From Octopus sinensis (Eukaryota): a stretch of DNA of 64,000 nt. Numbering within the stretch: position 1 is the first letter of the stretch; each line of letters begins with the position of its first letter. The stretch covers positions 67,456,001-67,520,000 of the forward strand of contig NC_042997.1 in NCBI RefSeq assembly GCF_006345805.1. Direction: 5' to 3'. The translations under genes were made by a program, and so were the position numbers. Below the pieces are notes generated by a model, which did not search any database, had not been told where the DNA came from, and worked only from the letters and a program-made list of their open reading frames with translations. Shown one piece after another: positions 52,780-64,000 of this stretch.

Positions 52780-53970
52780 CCTTTTCGGGTACATGACGCT
52801 GCTGTCCCCCATCCCATGGTCACACAGGCCCACACCTCCCACTGAAAGGTAGGTCTGGTGAGATTGTTGAGATGCTTGAGCAGAGACATGTAGATTTGTG
52901 CTGCATCCAAGAAGTAGGGTGAAGAGGAAGTTCTGCTAGGTTTCTCACAGGCAAAGAACATAGGTATTAGATTTTCTGGGTAGGGAACACTGACGGGGTC
53001 AGGGGCATGGGTATATTTCTTGCAGAGAAATGGGTTGATAAGGTAATCGAGGTAGTCAGAGTCTGTGATAGAATACTTAAGATTAGATTAGTGCTACATT
53101 GTAAGTTAGCAACCATTATCTTGGCCTTTGCTCCTCAGCCAGGCTACCTGATGGACAGAAAGACCGATTTTGTGACACCCTCTTGCTGACTACCTCGTTG
53201 ACGAATGACAGGGACCTTCTCTTTGTGGCTGGTGATTTCAATGAACATGTTGGTCAACATGCAGGAGGCTTCCATGGCATACATGAGGAGGGAACCGGGC
53301 TACTGGAGTTCTGTGATGCAAATGACCTTATGGTTTGCAATACTATCTTCAGGAAACCTGCTAGCCAGTCATCTACCAATCTGGTAGACACACTAGCCAA
53401 ATTGACTACATCCTCGCCAGGAAAAGGGAAAGATGGCTGCTCATAAATGCCAAAACCTTTCCAGGTGAAGAATGTACCCCACAACATAGACTAGTACTTA
53501 GTGACTTCAGGATCAGGGCTAAATGGATGCCCAGAAGACAACCAGCATGGAGGAGAAGGGTCTGGAAGCTAAAAGATATTGCGAATGGACAGAGATTCAG
53601 AGATGTATTACTCAAAGCTTTTGATGAAATAGAGTGGGATATAGCATCACAAGATGTGGAAGACAACTGGAGGTTTCTACAGGACAACATGCTGGGGGCC
53701 ACGGACCAGATCTGTGGATGGTGCAAAGTCCCCTCTCAACCCAAGATAATGTGGTGGTGGTGGTGGTGGTGGTGGTGGTGGAACAATGTTGTTGACAGAG
53801 CCATTAGGGAAAAGAAACAGGCTTGGAAGGACTGGAAGAATGATGGTAGCAGAGAATGGTACCAGACTGCCAGAAGGAAAGCTAGGAGACAGGTTTATTT
53901 AGCCAGAGGGGAAGCAGATAAGAAACAATTTGCTAATGTTCTGCGCCGTGAGGACCAACGACTTGAGGTA
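52780..53970 (+). mobile_element. LINE apurinic-endonuclease fragment (RTE-type), frameshifted
   Basis: VAGDFNEHVG, LLEFCDANDLMVCNT, QIDYIL and EECTPQHRLVL motifs; PKxxWW followed by a (TGG)n expansion. Confidence 0.85.
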
Positions 53971-54055
53971 GATAAAACATGGGACAACAGTTGAAGGGAA
54001 TGTTCTTTATGTTGCCTGTCTCATTTCTCATTTTGTTCACATGTTTTTTATGTCC

Positions 54056-54085
<30 letters not shown>

Positions 54086-54101
<16 letters not shown>

Positions 54102-54586
54102 GGTATGTACATATATGTATGTTTAGATTAACCCTTTAACATTTAAACCTGTCATATCAGGTCCAAATATTCTACCCCGTTTTATGTTCAAACCGGACCA
54201 AATGCAGCCACTCACTCCTGCCCTACTATGTCATAGAAATAAACAATCACCTCATCAAGATCATGAAGCTACATGATCCTGCACAATTAATTCATAGCAA
54301 TGTGAATGAATAAACATTGCATTTGACAGTGTAATCTGAATACTGTCAAATGCAATGTTTATTCATTCACATTGTTATGAATTAATTGTGCAGGATCATG
54401 TAGCTTCATGATCTTGATGAGGTGATTGTTTATTTCTATGACATAGTAGGGCAGGAGTGAGTGGCTGCATTTGGTCCGGTTTGAACATAAAACGGGGTAG
54501 AATATTTGGACCTGATATGACAGGTTTAAATGTTAAAGGGTTAATCTAAACATACATATATGTACATACCTACATATATATATATA
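54086..54586. repeat. ~500-bp near-perfect fold-back (about 245-bp arms, 11-nt spacer) made of a piggyBac-type MITE left part plus flank
   Basis: Arms meet at gacagt-gtaatctgaat-actgtc (54325-54347); one mismatch seen. Confidence 0.9.
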
Positions 54587-54866
54587 GTCCGAGGCTATAG
54601 TAGAAGACATTTGCCCGAAATGCCACACAGTGGGATCCAACCCAAGCTTCTTACCACACAGGCACTCCTGTACCTATGTATATATGCAAAATTCAAATAA
54701 GTTATCATCATCATCATCATCATTTAGCGTCCGTTTTCCATGCTAGCATGGGTTGGACGGTTCAACTGGGGTCTGTGAAGCTGGAAGGCTTCATCAGGCC
54801 CAGTCAGATCTGGCAGTGTTTCTACGGCTGGATGCCCTTCCTAACGCCAACCACTCCGTGAGTGTA

Positions 54867-55327
54867 GTGGGTGCTTTTTACGTGCCACCCGCACAGGTGC
54901 CAGACAGAGCTGGCAAACGGCCACGAACGGATGGTGCTTTTACGTGTCACCGGCACGGGGGCCAGGCGAGGTTGGCAACGGACACGTTCAGATGGTGCTT
55001 TTACGTGCCACCAACACGGGGGCCAGACAGAGCTGGCAAACGGCCACGAAACGGATGGTGCTTTTACGTGTCACCGGCACGGGGGCCAGGCGAGGCTGGC
55101 AACGGTCACGAACGGATGGTGCTTTTACGTGCCACCGACACGGGGGCCAGACGGAGCTGGCAAACGGACACGAACGGATGGTGCTTTTACGTGCCACTGA
55201 CACGGGGGGCCAGACAGAGCTGGCAAACGGCCACGAACGGATGGTGCTTTTACGAGTCACCTGCACGGGGGCCAGGCGAGGCTGGCAATGGACATGAACG
55301 GACGGTGCTTTTACGTGCCACCGACAC
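54867..55327. repeat. GC-rich ~61-bp minisatellite (about 7.5 units) inside a LINE-tail/SINE sequence
   Basis: Unit acggatggtgcttttacgtgccaccggcacgggggccag(acagag|gcgagg)ctggcaa(a)cggccacga. Confidence 0.9.
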
Positions 55328-56874
55328 AGAGGCTATATCTTTTACTTGTTTCAGTTGTTTCACTGTGGCCATGCTGGGCCATTGCTATTAAGGGTTTTAG
55401 TCAAACAGATTGACTCTAGGACTATCAGTCACTTTTGTGATGGTGAGGAGACAAGCACAGGCACACAAAAACATACATGCATATATATATATGATGGGCT
55501 TCTTTCAGTTTCCATCCACCAAATCCACTCACAAGGCTTTGGTCAGCCCGACGCTATTGTAGAAGACACTTGCCCAATTGATGTAATATATATATATATA
55601 TTATATATGTGTGTGTGTATATATATATATAAAATAAATGCGTCCTTTTAAAGCCGAGCGAGGCTCATGGGCCCGGTTTCCTGTTTCTATGGTGTATGTG
55701 TTCCCCAGCTGGACGGGACGCCAGTCCATCGCAGCATTACTCACTTTTGCCAGCTGAGTGGACTCGAGCAACATGAAGTGAAGTGTTTTGCTCAAGAACA
55801 CAACGTGTCGACCAGTCTAGGAATCAAAACCACAATTTTACGATCATGATGCTGACACCCTAACCACTAAGCCACGTGCCTCCACTATATATATATATAT
55901 ATATATATATTATATTAAATGAGAGATAAAACTACTACTAGGCAAATCAAACAATGAAAATCATAAGCCAATACATAGAAATAAAATTAATTAAAAAATA
56001 TAAAAATCCAATTAAAATATTTAAATTAAAGTTAAAAATTTTAAAAATTATTTAAATTAATAATTTAAACTTATAAATTATAAATATATATTATTTTATT
56101 ATTATTTTATTTAATTATTTTTTTTTTTTAATATTTTTATATTTATTTATTATCATTATCTTTAAGAAAATAATGATAAAGTGGCCAGCAGACATAACCA
56201 AAATAGTCAAAATATATATTATTAAAAGTCAGGATACAATATGCGCCTGATTGCGAGAAAGGAGAGTTAAACTCTACAAAGCCATGTATCTCTCACTATC
56301 TAAACACACTGAAACTATAGCAAATATACTAAAAAACTACAAAGGAAAGAGTAGATATCCTCTTTCTAGCAAAGTACTTAGTGTACCCTGACTTTTAATA
56401 TATATATATATATATATACAGATAGATAGATACATGTATATAGATATATAAATATTTCGTTTTTGGATTTGGTTTGCAAGATTCTTTATGTGAGTTCGTG
56501 TGTTGAAACATATTCTGTTGTGTCTGGGGAGAGTCATTTTCTTTTTGTGCCTTATAATTTAACACACTCACCAGTAAAATTTCCACTTATTCCTTATTTT
56601 TATTTTCCTAAAATTTTTGTTGCATCTTGCAACCTTTTCAATAGTCTTGACTGTCCGTTATTTACACTGCGTTCCTTTTTGTTTGTTTGTGTGTATGTGT
56701 GTGCCTATGCATGTATATATGTATGTATGTATGTATGCATGTGTATGTATATATGTGTGTGTGCATATATATATATATATATGTATGTATGTATTCTGCA
56801 TATTCATGTGCTTACATGTCCGTGTTTGTGTATTTTTTTATGTGTGTGTGTGTGCATATATAATTATATGATAT

Positions 56875-58042
56875 TGTTACGAAACGAGTGGGGAAAGCCT
56901 CCGAAAACTGTTACGGAAATCCTCACACACAGGCCCGATTCGATCAGCGAATAAGCCACGGAAACTCGGAGACAGAGGAGAGACACTGCAACCACAACCG
57001 CAACAGCACAGAGATACAGAGGCACAACCCAGAGAGACACCCAAAAGAGGCACAGAGGCAACAGAGACACTGGCTTATATTTAACAACAGTTTATACGAC
57101 AATCAATGGTTACAACATCAAATACATTTAAGGCAGACATTTAAAGGAAGACATGCACGTGACTACTCAATACATCATACAACAGATCAAAGCATAATAC
57201 AACAGCAATTCAAGAGTACAATTTAAAGTTCACGTCCGAAGACAACAGTTCTCTAAAGTCTCTTCCTAAACATCACAGATAAAGTCACATCAACAAGTCC
57301 TTTACTCAATTCTGAACATAAATACCACAACTCGATAATCGACATATCGACAGAGTCCTTGACTGTTCTCTTCACTGTTCAATACACCGTGACACATATC
57401 AATGCACAACACATACCTCAATTCCTAATTGAATCTGCCAGTGTCCCATTCCTCTCAATACTGCTAAATCCTCTGAATACTGCTAATTCCCTTCTGTGCC
57501 GCCAAGCGTTCTCGCATCCAACTTGCTCCTAAAATTCCAACGCTTCTAAGATTCCATCTACTCGCTCTGACCTCCAGAATCCGACTGTCTTCTTCGAGGA
57601 CCGGCCAGCGACCGCAAGATCCGTCTGTGTTCTTCGACGACCGCTGAACGACTGCCCGAACCACACTTCCTCGTCCTGCCTTTCTTCCACTCCCTCTCTC
57701 CCTCTTATAGCCTTTCTATTTGCTATCTGATTCCTTACTCTATCTATATCGCCTACTGTCCCTTAGCCTCTCTATCTGCTCTCTGATCTTACTGCCTATC
57801 TCTATCGCCTGCCAGACTCTTCCTCTCTATCTGTCCCTTAGTCTTATACTCTATCTCTATTTGCTCTCAGCCCTTAATCTGTCCTCCTCTTTCACATTCT
57901 CCTGACCCTTTTCTCAACCGCACGAGGTCACAGGTCCTTCCAAAACCCATTAAACAAGGAACCTGTCAGTTTCTTTACCAGACATGATGGTGCCATTATT
58001 CCTAAGTGGGTCACCAGAAATGCACTGGCCAAACCCGTAACA
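56875..58042. mobile_element. Solo LTR (Gypsy-like), 1168 bp
   Basis: TGTTACG...CGTAACA termini with a 4-bp target duplication ATAT/ATAT; no internal ORF. Confidence 0.8.
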
Positions 58043-58445
58043 ATATTATATAATTATAATGATACAAACTACTGCATTTATCCTCCCTTCTAAACACATA
58101 TAATACATATGTACCTATGAGTATGTTTGAGCAGATATATATATAAGTGTGTGTGTGTACATATATGTTCCTCATGTATATGCAGTTTCATTCTTACATA
58201 ACTAAAATAACTTTAAGATATATTGATTTTATAAATTACAATATTACTCCTCTTATAACTTTCTCATTCCCCTGTTTATACTTTATCTAATACGAGTAAT
58301 AAAATGCATCTAATAATAATAATAATAATAATTGATTCTTGTGTATGCATATACATTTAAGTCTAGTTATATGGATTTATGTATATTTTTGTATGTATAT
58401 GTGTCTGTATTTATATTTATAACTTAACCTTATGTACTTTCTAAA

Positions 58446-58569
58446 ATCTCTGACGAAGCCTAGAGAAACACCCAAATACCTCAAATTCATCTACTAAATA
58501 CTTCAGTCTACTGGAGTGATAAAGGTAGAATGAGGTATTTTTGCCTCTTGGCTGAAACAGCTGTAAGAT
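58446..58569 (+). ncRNA. Type I hammerhead ribozyme motif with very long stem II
   Basis: AUCU-CUGACGA-AGCC...GGCU-GAAAC(AGCU)GUA-AGAU; palindromic stem III ACAGCUGU. Confidence 0.75.
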
Positions 58570-58892
58570 ATTTTCCCAATTTCTATTCCTGTATGTTATA
58601 TATTTTAATAATTACTGGTATCTTTATATTATATATGTAAAGCATAATATGTTATACATGCATGTATATTGTTGTAATTGTCATTTTAGTAAATAAATAA
58701 ATAAATTGACATAATATAATGTCTAAAAGTTGATGAATACCGCCTACCCTCACCCATTTATTACACTCGGTAATGTAATTGCAATGCATTAAAAAAACAC
58801 TTGTGTATTAATAATGGGGTATTCTACCAGTAGTATATTGGATAGATATTATCCCTTAGTTGGTTGGATTCACAACCTCTAACTTTCTTGGA

Positions 58893-58934
<42 letters not shown>

Positions 58935-58956
58935 CACACACACACATACATACATA

Positions 58957-59595
58957 TGAGGTGAAGTAAAAAATTATCCACGCTTTTGCCATAACATATC
59001 TTTATTATTGTTGCACTGCCTTCTGTGCATGCATGCTTATAGTTGGTACTATTGTGGTCACATGATTGAAGTTGAGCCTGATGGCTTTACAGTGTAAGCA
59101 TGGCTGCTCCACTAGTAATGTGTGCCAAAGAAGAACAAAGAGCAGTGATCTGAGAGATGGTAATGGTAAACGAGTTTGCTGAATCTTGTCAGTGGTGGAG
59201 GTCGATGGGCATCCTGCTTCCTCTTTGTGCGTCATGCTTGTCCTGCACACTTGTCTGACCACTTTTAAACTTCTCAATCCACTCATACACACTTCTATGT
59301 AGTAGTGCACCTTCCCCATATTGTGCTAAAAGCCTCCGATGAATTTCAGCACCTGACACACCTTCTGACCAGAGAAATCAGATCACTACTCTTTGTTCTT
59401 CTTTGGTGCATATTGCTAGTGGAGTGGCCATGCTTACACTGTAAAGCCTGAAAGAAAAAAGTGGCATGATCATGCCCAAACTTCGATCACATGACCACGA
59501 TAGTACCAACTATATGCACACATGTGCAGAAGGCTGTGTGACAATAATAAAGATATGATATAGCAAAAATGCAGATAATTTTTTATTTCCCCTTG
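58957..59595 (-). mobile_element. Internally deleted mariner-type element
   Basis: TA-flanked imperfect TIRs gaggtgaagtaaaaaattatc..cttttgccata / tatagcaaaaatgcagataattttttatttccccttg; GCPSTSTT fragment resembles mariner GRPST. Confidence 0.7.
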
Positions 59596-59905
59596 TATTA
59601 CAGAGATGTACTTGTATAGCAAGTGACATGATCTAACAGTTTTTGTGTGTTTCTTAAATGGCTTATAAACACCTTCCATACTTCAATTGTGTGTATATAT
59701 ATATATATATATATTTCTTTACTACCCACAAGGGGCTAAACACAGAGGAGACAAAGGGATTAAGTCGATTACATCGACCCCAGTGCGTAACTGGTACTTA
59801 ATTTGTCGACCTCGGCGGAATTTGAACTCGGAACGTAACGGCAGACGAAATACGGCAACACATTTCGCCCAGCGTGCTAACGTTTCTGCCAGCTCGCCGC
59901 CCTTC

Positions 59906-59944
<39 letters not shown>

Positions 59945-59948
<4 letters not shown>

Positions 59949-61223
59949 GTCATAAAGTATGAAATTTGTTGGAAAGAAAAATAAATGCTAATGTTTTATA
60001 AATACAAGGAACAGTTTTATTCAACAAAGTATGCACCCATATTGTCAATACATTTTTGCCATTTCAGCGGTAACTCGTCCAGTGCAGAACTGTAAAAAAC
60101 TGGCAATATAGAGTCAATAAAATCTTGGAAGATCAGAATTAAGATCGTCAGAATTAAATTCTTTTCCTATCAAAAAGTTATCCAAATTCTGGAAGAAGTG
60201 GTAGTCAGTGGGGGCAAGATCAGGTGAGTGTGGTGGATGATGGAGAACTTCCAACTCCAACTCCTGTAGTTTCGTCATTGTCATTTTTGCGACATGTGGC
60301 CTGGCGTTGTCTTGCAATAAAATAGGAGTAGATCTGTTGACTAATCTAGGCTGTTTTCTTTTGTAAGTTTCTGCATCATTTGGTCCAGTTGGCTGCAGTA
60401 TACTTCAGCTGAGATTGATGAGCCAGGTTTAATGAAATCATAATGGATCACACCTGCACCAGACCACCAAACACACACCATCAGCTTCTTTTGATGAATT
60501 TTGCTTTTTGGTCTGTGTTTTGGTGGCTCATCTTTGTCCAACTATTGTGCTGAACATTTACAGTTGTTGTATTGGATCCATTTCTCATCACATGTTACAA
60601 TTTAATTTTTAAAATTATTCATTTTTGTGACAAGAAATTAGCATAATGCAGGCTTCCAGGTGTTGCTGTTTCTGATTTTCATTCAGTTTATGTGGAACCC
60701 ACTTATCCAACTTTTTCACTTTATTGATTTGAACTAGGTGAGTCAATATTGTTTGCTTGCTAATACCAAACAACAACGATAATTCATGGGCACTTTGAGA
60801 TGGATCTAACTTGACAGCTTTCAGTTCATTATCTACCTTTGTTTCTGGTTGACTGTGTTGCTCTTTTGTGAGGTCAAAGTTACCAGAATGAAATTTTGCA
60901 AACCAATATGATACTGTCTGCTGTGCAATAACATGACAATGAAATACTCCATTAATATTCCAAGCTGTCTGTGATGCTGTATTTCCATGAAAGAACTCAT
61001 ATTTCAAAACTGTATGAATTTTCGACTTACCCATCTCTAAACAAAAATAGCAAAAAATCATTTATAAATACTTTATAAAGCGCAAAATGAGTTAGAATAA
61101 AGAAATAGATGTGTCAGCTTCTAACAAAAAATAAAGATTGTCAAAATATAATAATGGCGCGAAATGAGCAGCTGTCAAAGTTTACCAGATACCTTACTAC
61201 AAATTTCATACTTGACGACCTTA
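59945..61223 (-). mobile_element. Near full-length degenerate mariner with TIRs
   Basis: TIRs ttaggtcataaagtatgaaatttg / caaatttcatacttgacgacctta with TA flanks; DKWVPHKL, QDNARPH and HPPHSPDLAPTDYHFF motifs; stops and frameshifts. Confidence 0.92.
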
Positions 61224-62475
61224 TATATATATATGAAAAAGTGCCTGTGCAGTACCATGTAAAAGTGCAGTGCCACATAAGAACAACCAGCACACTCTGT
61301 ATAGGCATTAGCGTTTGGAAGGGCATCCAGCTGTAGGAACCATGAAAGGCTTGGTTGGAGGCCCAATGTTCCGAGTTCTTTTACAGGGTTCAGAAAAACT
61401 GAAGGACCGCTGTATTAGTGTGTGAATCTGAACAGGGAATATATTGAATAAAGTCATAATTTCTCTGTATTTTCTATTACCCAGAGCCACAAACTTTTCA
61501 GCACCCCCTCATGTGTGTGTGTACAAACAGTGAAAAGAATAGCAGAAATAATGAAGTAATATTGGTTTCAAATTTTGGCATAAGGCCAGCAATTTTGGGG
61601 AAGGGGGTTAGTCAAATAGACCCCAGCACTCAACTGGAACTTATTTTATCAATCCCAAAAGGATGAAAGGCAAAATCAACCTTGGTGGAATTTGAACTTA
61701 GAATGTAAAAGTAGATGAAATGCCACCAAGCATTTTGCCTAGCATGCTACTGATTCTGTTAGCTCATTGTGTTGGAACAAAATAGTATTACTGTGAAGAG
61801 TGGAGTTTCTGACATTTCAAGAATATCTAAATGTATATTCTGTACACACACACATTCGCGTATGTGCATGTATATGTAATCATACATATGTATATTTGCA
61901 TATATGTTTGTATCATCCTTTATCAAGGTTTTTAAATGTCTGGCAACATGAATAACAATAATGAAGAGGTATTTACCTTTATGGCATTGTACTTCAAGTG
62001 GTTGAATAGTTTTCATTGGTTGATATTTACTACACACAATAATATTCTGTGGTGTTCAGCCACCAAAACTAAATTTATGCGAAGGTAATGCTTTATAGAT
62101 AGCAAATTCACAGCAGCATAGAAGTAATGGATTTAATGTTAAAAAGAATGAGATTTTGGTTTATAGGGAGTGAGCCACACTTCTGCTAATTCACTACCTT
62201 CTTAAATGCCTTGCCATATATATATATTCTGGTTTCTTGCATTCTGAGCTCAATTCCTGCCAAGGTCATGTCAGCTCTGTATTCTTCTGTGTGTTGATAA
62301 AGTTCCAATCTAGAATGATTGATTAACTGGGGGAATCATTAAAACGTTGGACAGGATGTCTTATATTACTTGTTTGGGATCTTTGCATTCTGTGTTCAAA
62401 TTCCACCATGGTCTATTTGAGTGGTGGATGTAATCTGTCTCCTGGTTTAACACCAACACTTGTTTCTTGGGTGCT

Positions 62476-62683
62476 TTAACCCTTTGCACAAGACATATTT
62501 CCCTGGCATCCATGCATCATATATGATACACATTTCCAATTGTTTTTTTGGTCACCAAAGTAACTTAGTACTTATAAAAGGAAAGCTTTATATGTATGAA
62601 ACAAGGGCTAACTAAAAGTCTGAAAATAAGCATGGATGTTTAGGGCAAACTTTTGAAAAGGCTTTGGACTGCCAAAGGGTTAA
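62476..62683. mobile_element. Second piggyBac-type MITE family
   Basis: TTAA-CCCTTTG ... CAAAGGG-TTAA. Confidence 0.65.
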
Positions 62684-64000
62684 GCCCACTCTGTTACAAG
62701 CATTCGGAGCTGGCCTCTGGTTTGAGGATAGCATTCCTTTCTCCCACCAATCTCCAGAGGCCCTGAAAAGGGTTATGGGCACTGCCCTTTCTCCAGACTA
62801 AATGATGAAAAATTTTAGATTTGGTATTTAAGAAGTGGGAAAGAGATATAGTAAGGTTGTTTATATACTTGTAGAAAATTAATACTTTGAAGTGCTTTGC
62901 ACTTCAGCAGCCTAGGGAAAGTGTTCATTGACACTGCAAGCTTGAAACTTTTCATGAACCAGTGAGGGGATCTATATAGTTGCTATGTCTGAGAAAAAAC
63001 TCTCTTATCTCATGCTCTGCCATCATAAAATAAACAAACACTGGATAGTGTTGAGATAGGTCTGAATAAAAGGCAAGATCACACTTTGATCATAAGTCTG
63101 CTCGATCAAGACTGACTTTGGATTAAAATTGTAATACTCCAAAATAGTATGCCATAGGTAGAAACAGTAGAGGATCAGATTATTCTTTGCTTTGCCTCAA
63201 TTGTGGTTTGTGTTGTTATAACAAAGCGAAGAAACAAAAAATTCTACACAAGGTACAGGTGTAGTAAGAAGCTTACTTTTCAACCACATGGTTCCAGGTT
63301 CAGTCCCACTGTGTGGCACCATGAGCAAGTGCTTCTACTATAGCCTCAGGCTGATCAAGGCTTTGCAGTGGATTTGGTTGATGGAAACTGATAGAAGCCC
63401 ATCATATCTACGTGTGTGTCTGTATTTGTCCCCTGCCACCATCTGACAACCAGTGTTAGTGTATTTATAAGTCTGGGAATCAATTTGTTTGACTAAAAAA
63501 TCCTTCAAGGTGGTACCCCAACATGGCCGCAGTTAAATGACTAAAACAAGTAAAAAATAGAAGACATCGAATTTCACTCAATTTAGGGTTTAAAAGAAAC
63601 CATATGGTACACTAATGTGATCAGCCACATTTAGCTCCCACTCCAAGTTTAATAGTAACAGTAAACCATTCTCTAAACAATGGATATTTTGTGTATGAAA
63701 AGGTGAGTTATGAAGAATGCATCACTTGTGTAATAATATATAATATTAATGAGCTGATGTTAATGATATTCTATTATAGCCTAGGCTCACTTAATTAGGT
63801 TGCATCTCATCCATGCTAAAGGCACCCATGCTGGTGACAGGCAAAAGACACCCATGCCAGTGACAAGCAAAAGTACCTGTACCAGTGACACACAAAAAGG
63901 CACCTGTGCCGGTGACACATTAAAGACACCCAGTACACTATGGAGTAGTTGGCATTAGGAAGGACATTCAGCTGTGGAAACCAAACCAAACCAAACTGCA

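Noticed and set aside
53750-53780. Poly-tryptophan run
   Set aside because: (TGG)n microsatellite expansion of a WW codon pair in a dead LINE
54867-55327. CRISPR-like array, or GC-rich ORFs of 109-212 aa
   Set aside because: The supposed spacers are themselves repeated, there are no cas genes and the context is eukaryotic; the ORFs are translations of a minisatellite
56490-56540. GAAACAUA...UGUGUC as a hammerhead half in the 11.6k/14.9k/56.5k repeat family
   Set aside because: No CUGANGA partner or stem I found in any of the copies
51464-64000. GCSH exon 3 (expected LGDVV-like peptide)
   Set aside because: No matching exon seen; it is presumably downstream of the window, though a short exon could have been missed

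Overview
AT-rich, microsatellite- and SINE-dense animal genomic DNA; the repeat landscape suggests an octopus or other coleoid cephalopod (inference, not a database result). Three spliced genes can be rebuilt from the sequence. (1) The last two coding exons of SEC22B (+, 617-2181). (2) A complete 12-exon, ~549-aa CCDC151/ODAD3 outer-dynein-arm docking gene (-, 29195 to 6173). (3) The first two coding exons of mitochondrial glycine cleavage H protein GCSH (+, 42418-51463, continuing beyond the window). Most ORFs in the supplied track are spurious. The rest is transposon debris: RTE, CR1 and R4/Dong LINE fragments, SINEs, mariners, a Buster-type hAT, piggyBac MITEs, non-autonomous Helitrons, a solo LTR and Penelope-like terminal repeats. 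Highlights: (a) about seven conventional minimal hammerhead-ribozyme motifs, several inside inverted repeats; (b) two sequence-distinct repeat families carrying all three hammerhead core strands in a scrambled order (UH strand, GAAA strand, CUGANGA strand) that no circular permutation gives, a candidate new hammerhead topology; (c) a CCDC151 intron whose homology-required donor is AUAAGU instead of GUAAGU, a candidate A-to-I-editing-dependent splice site; (d) two near-perfect long palindromes.
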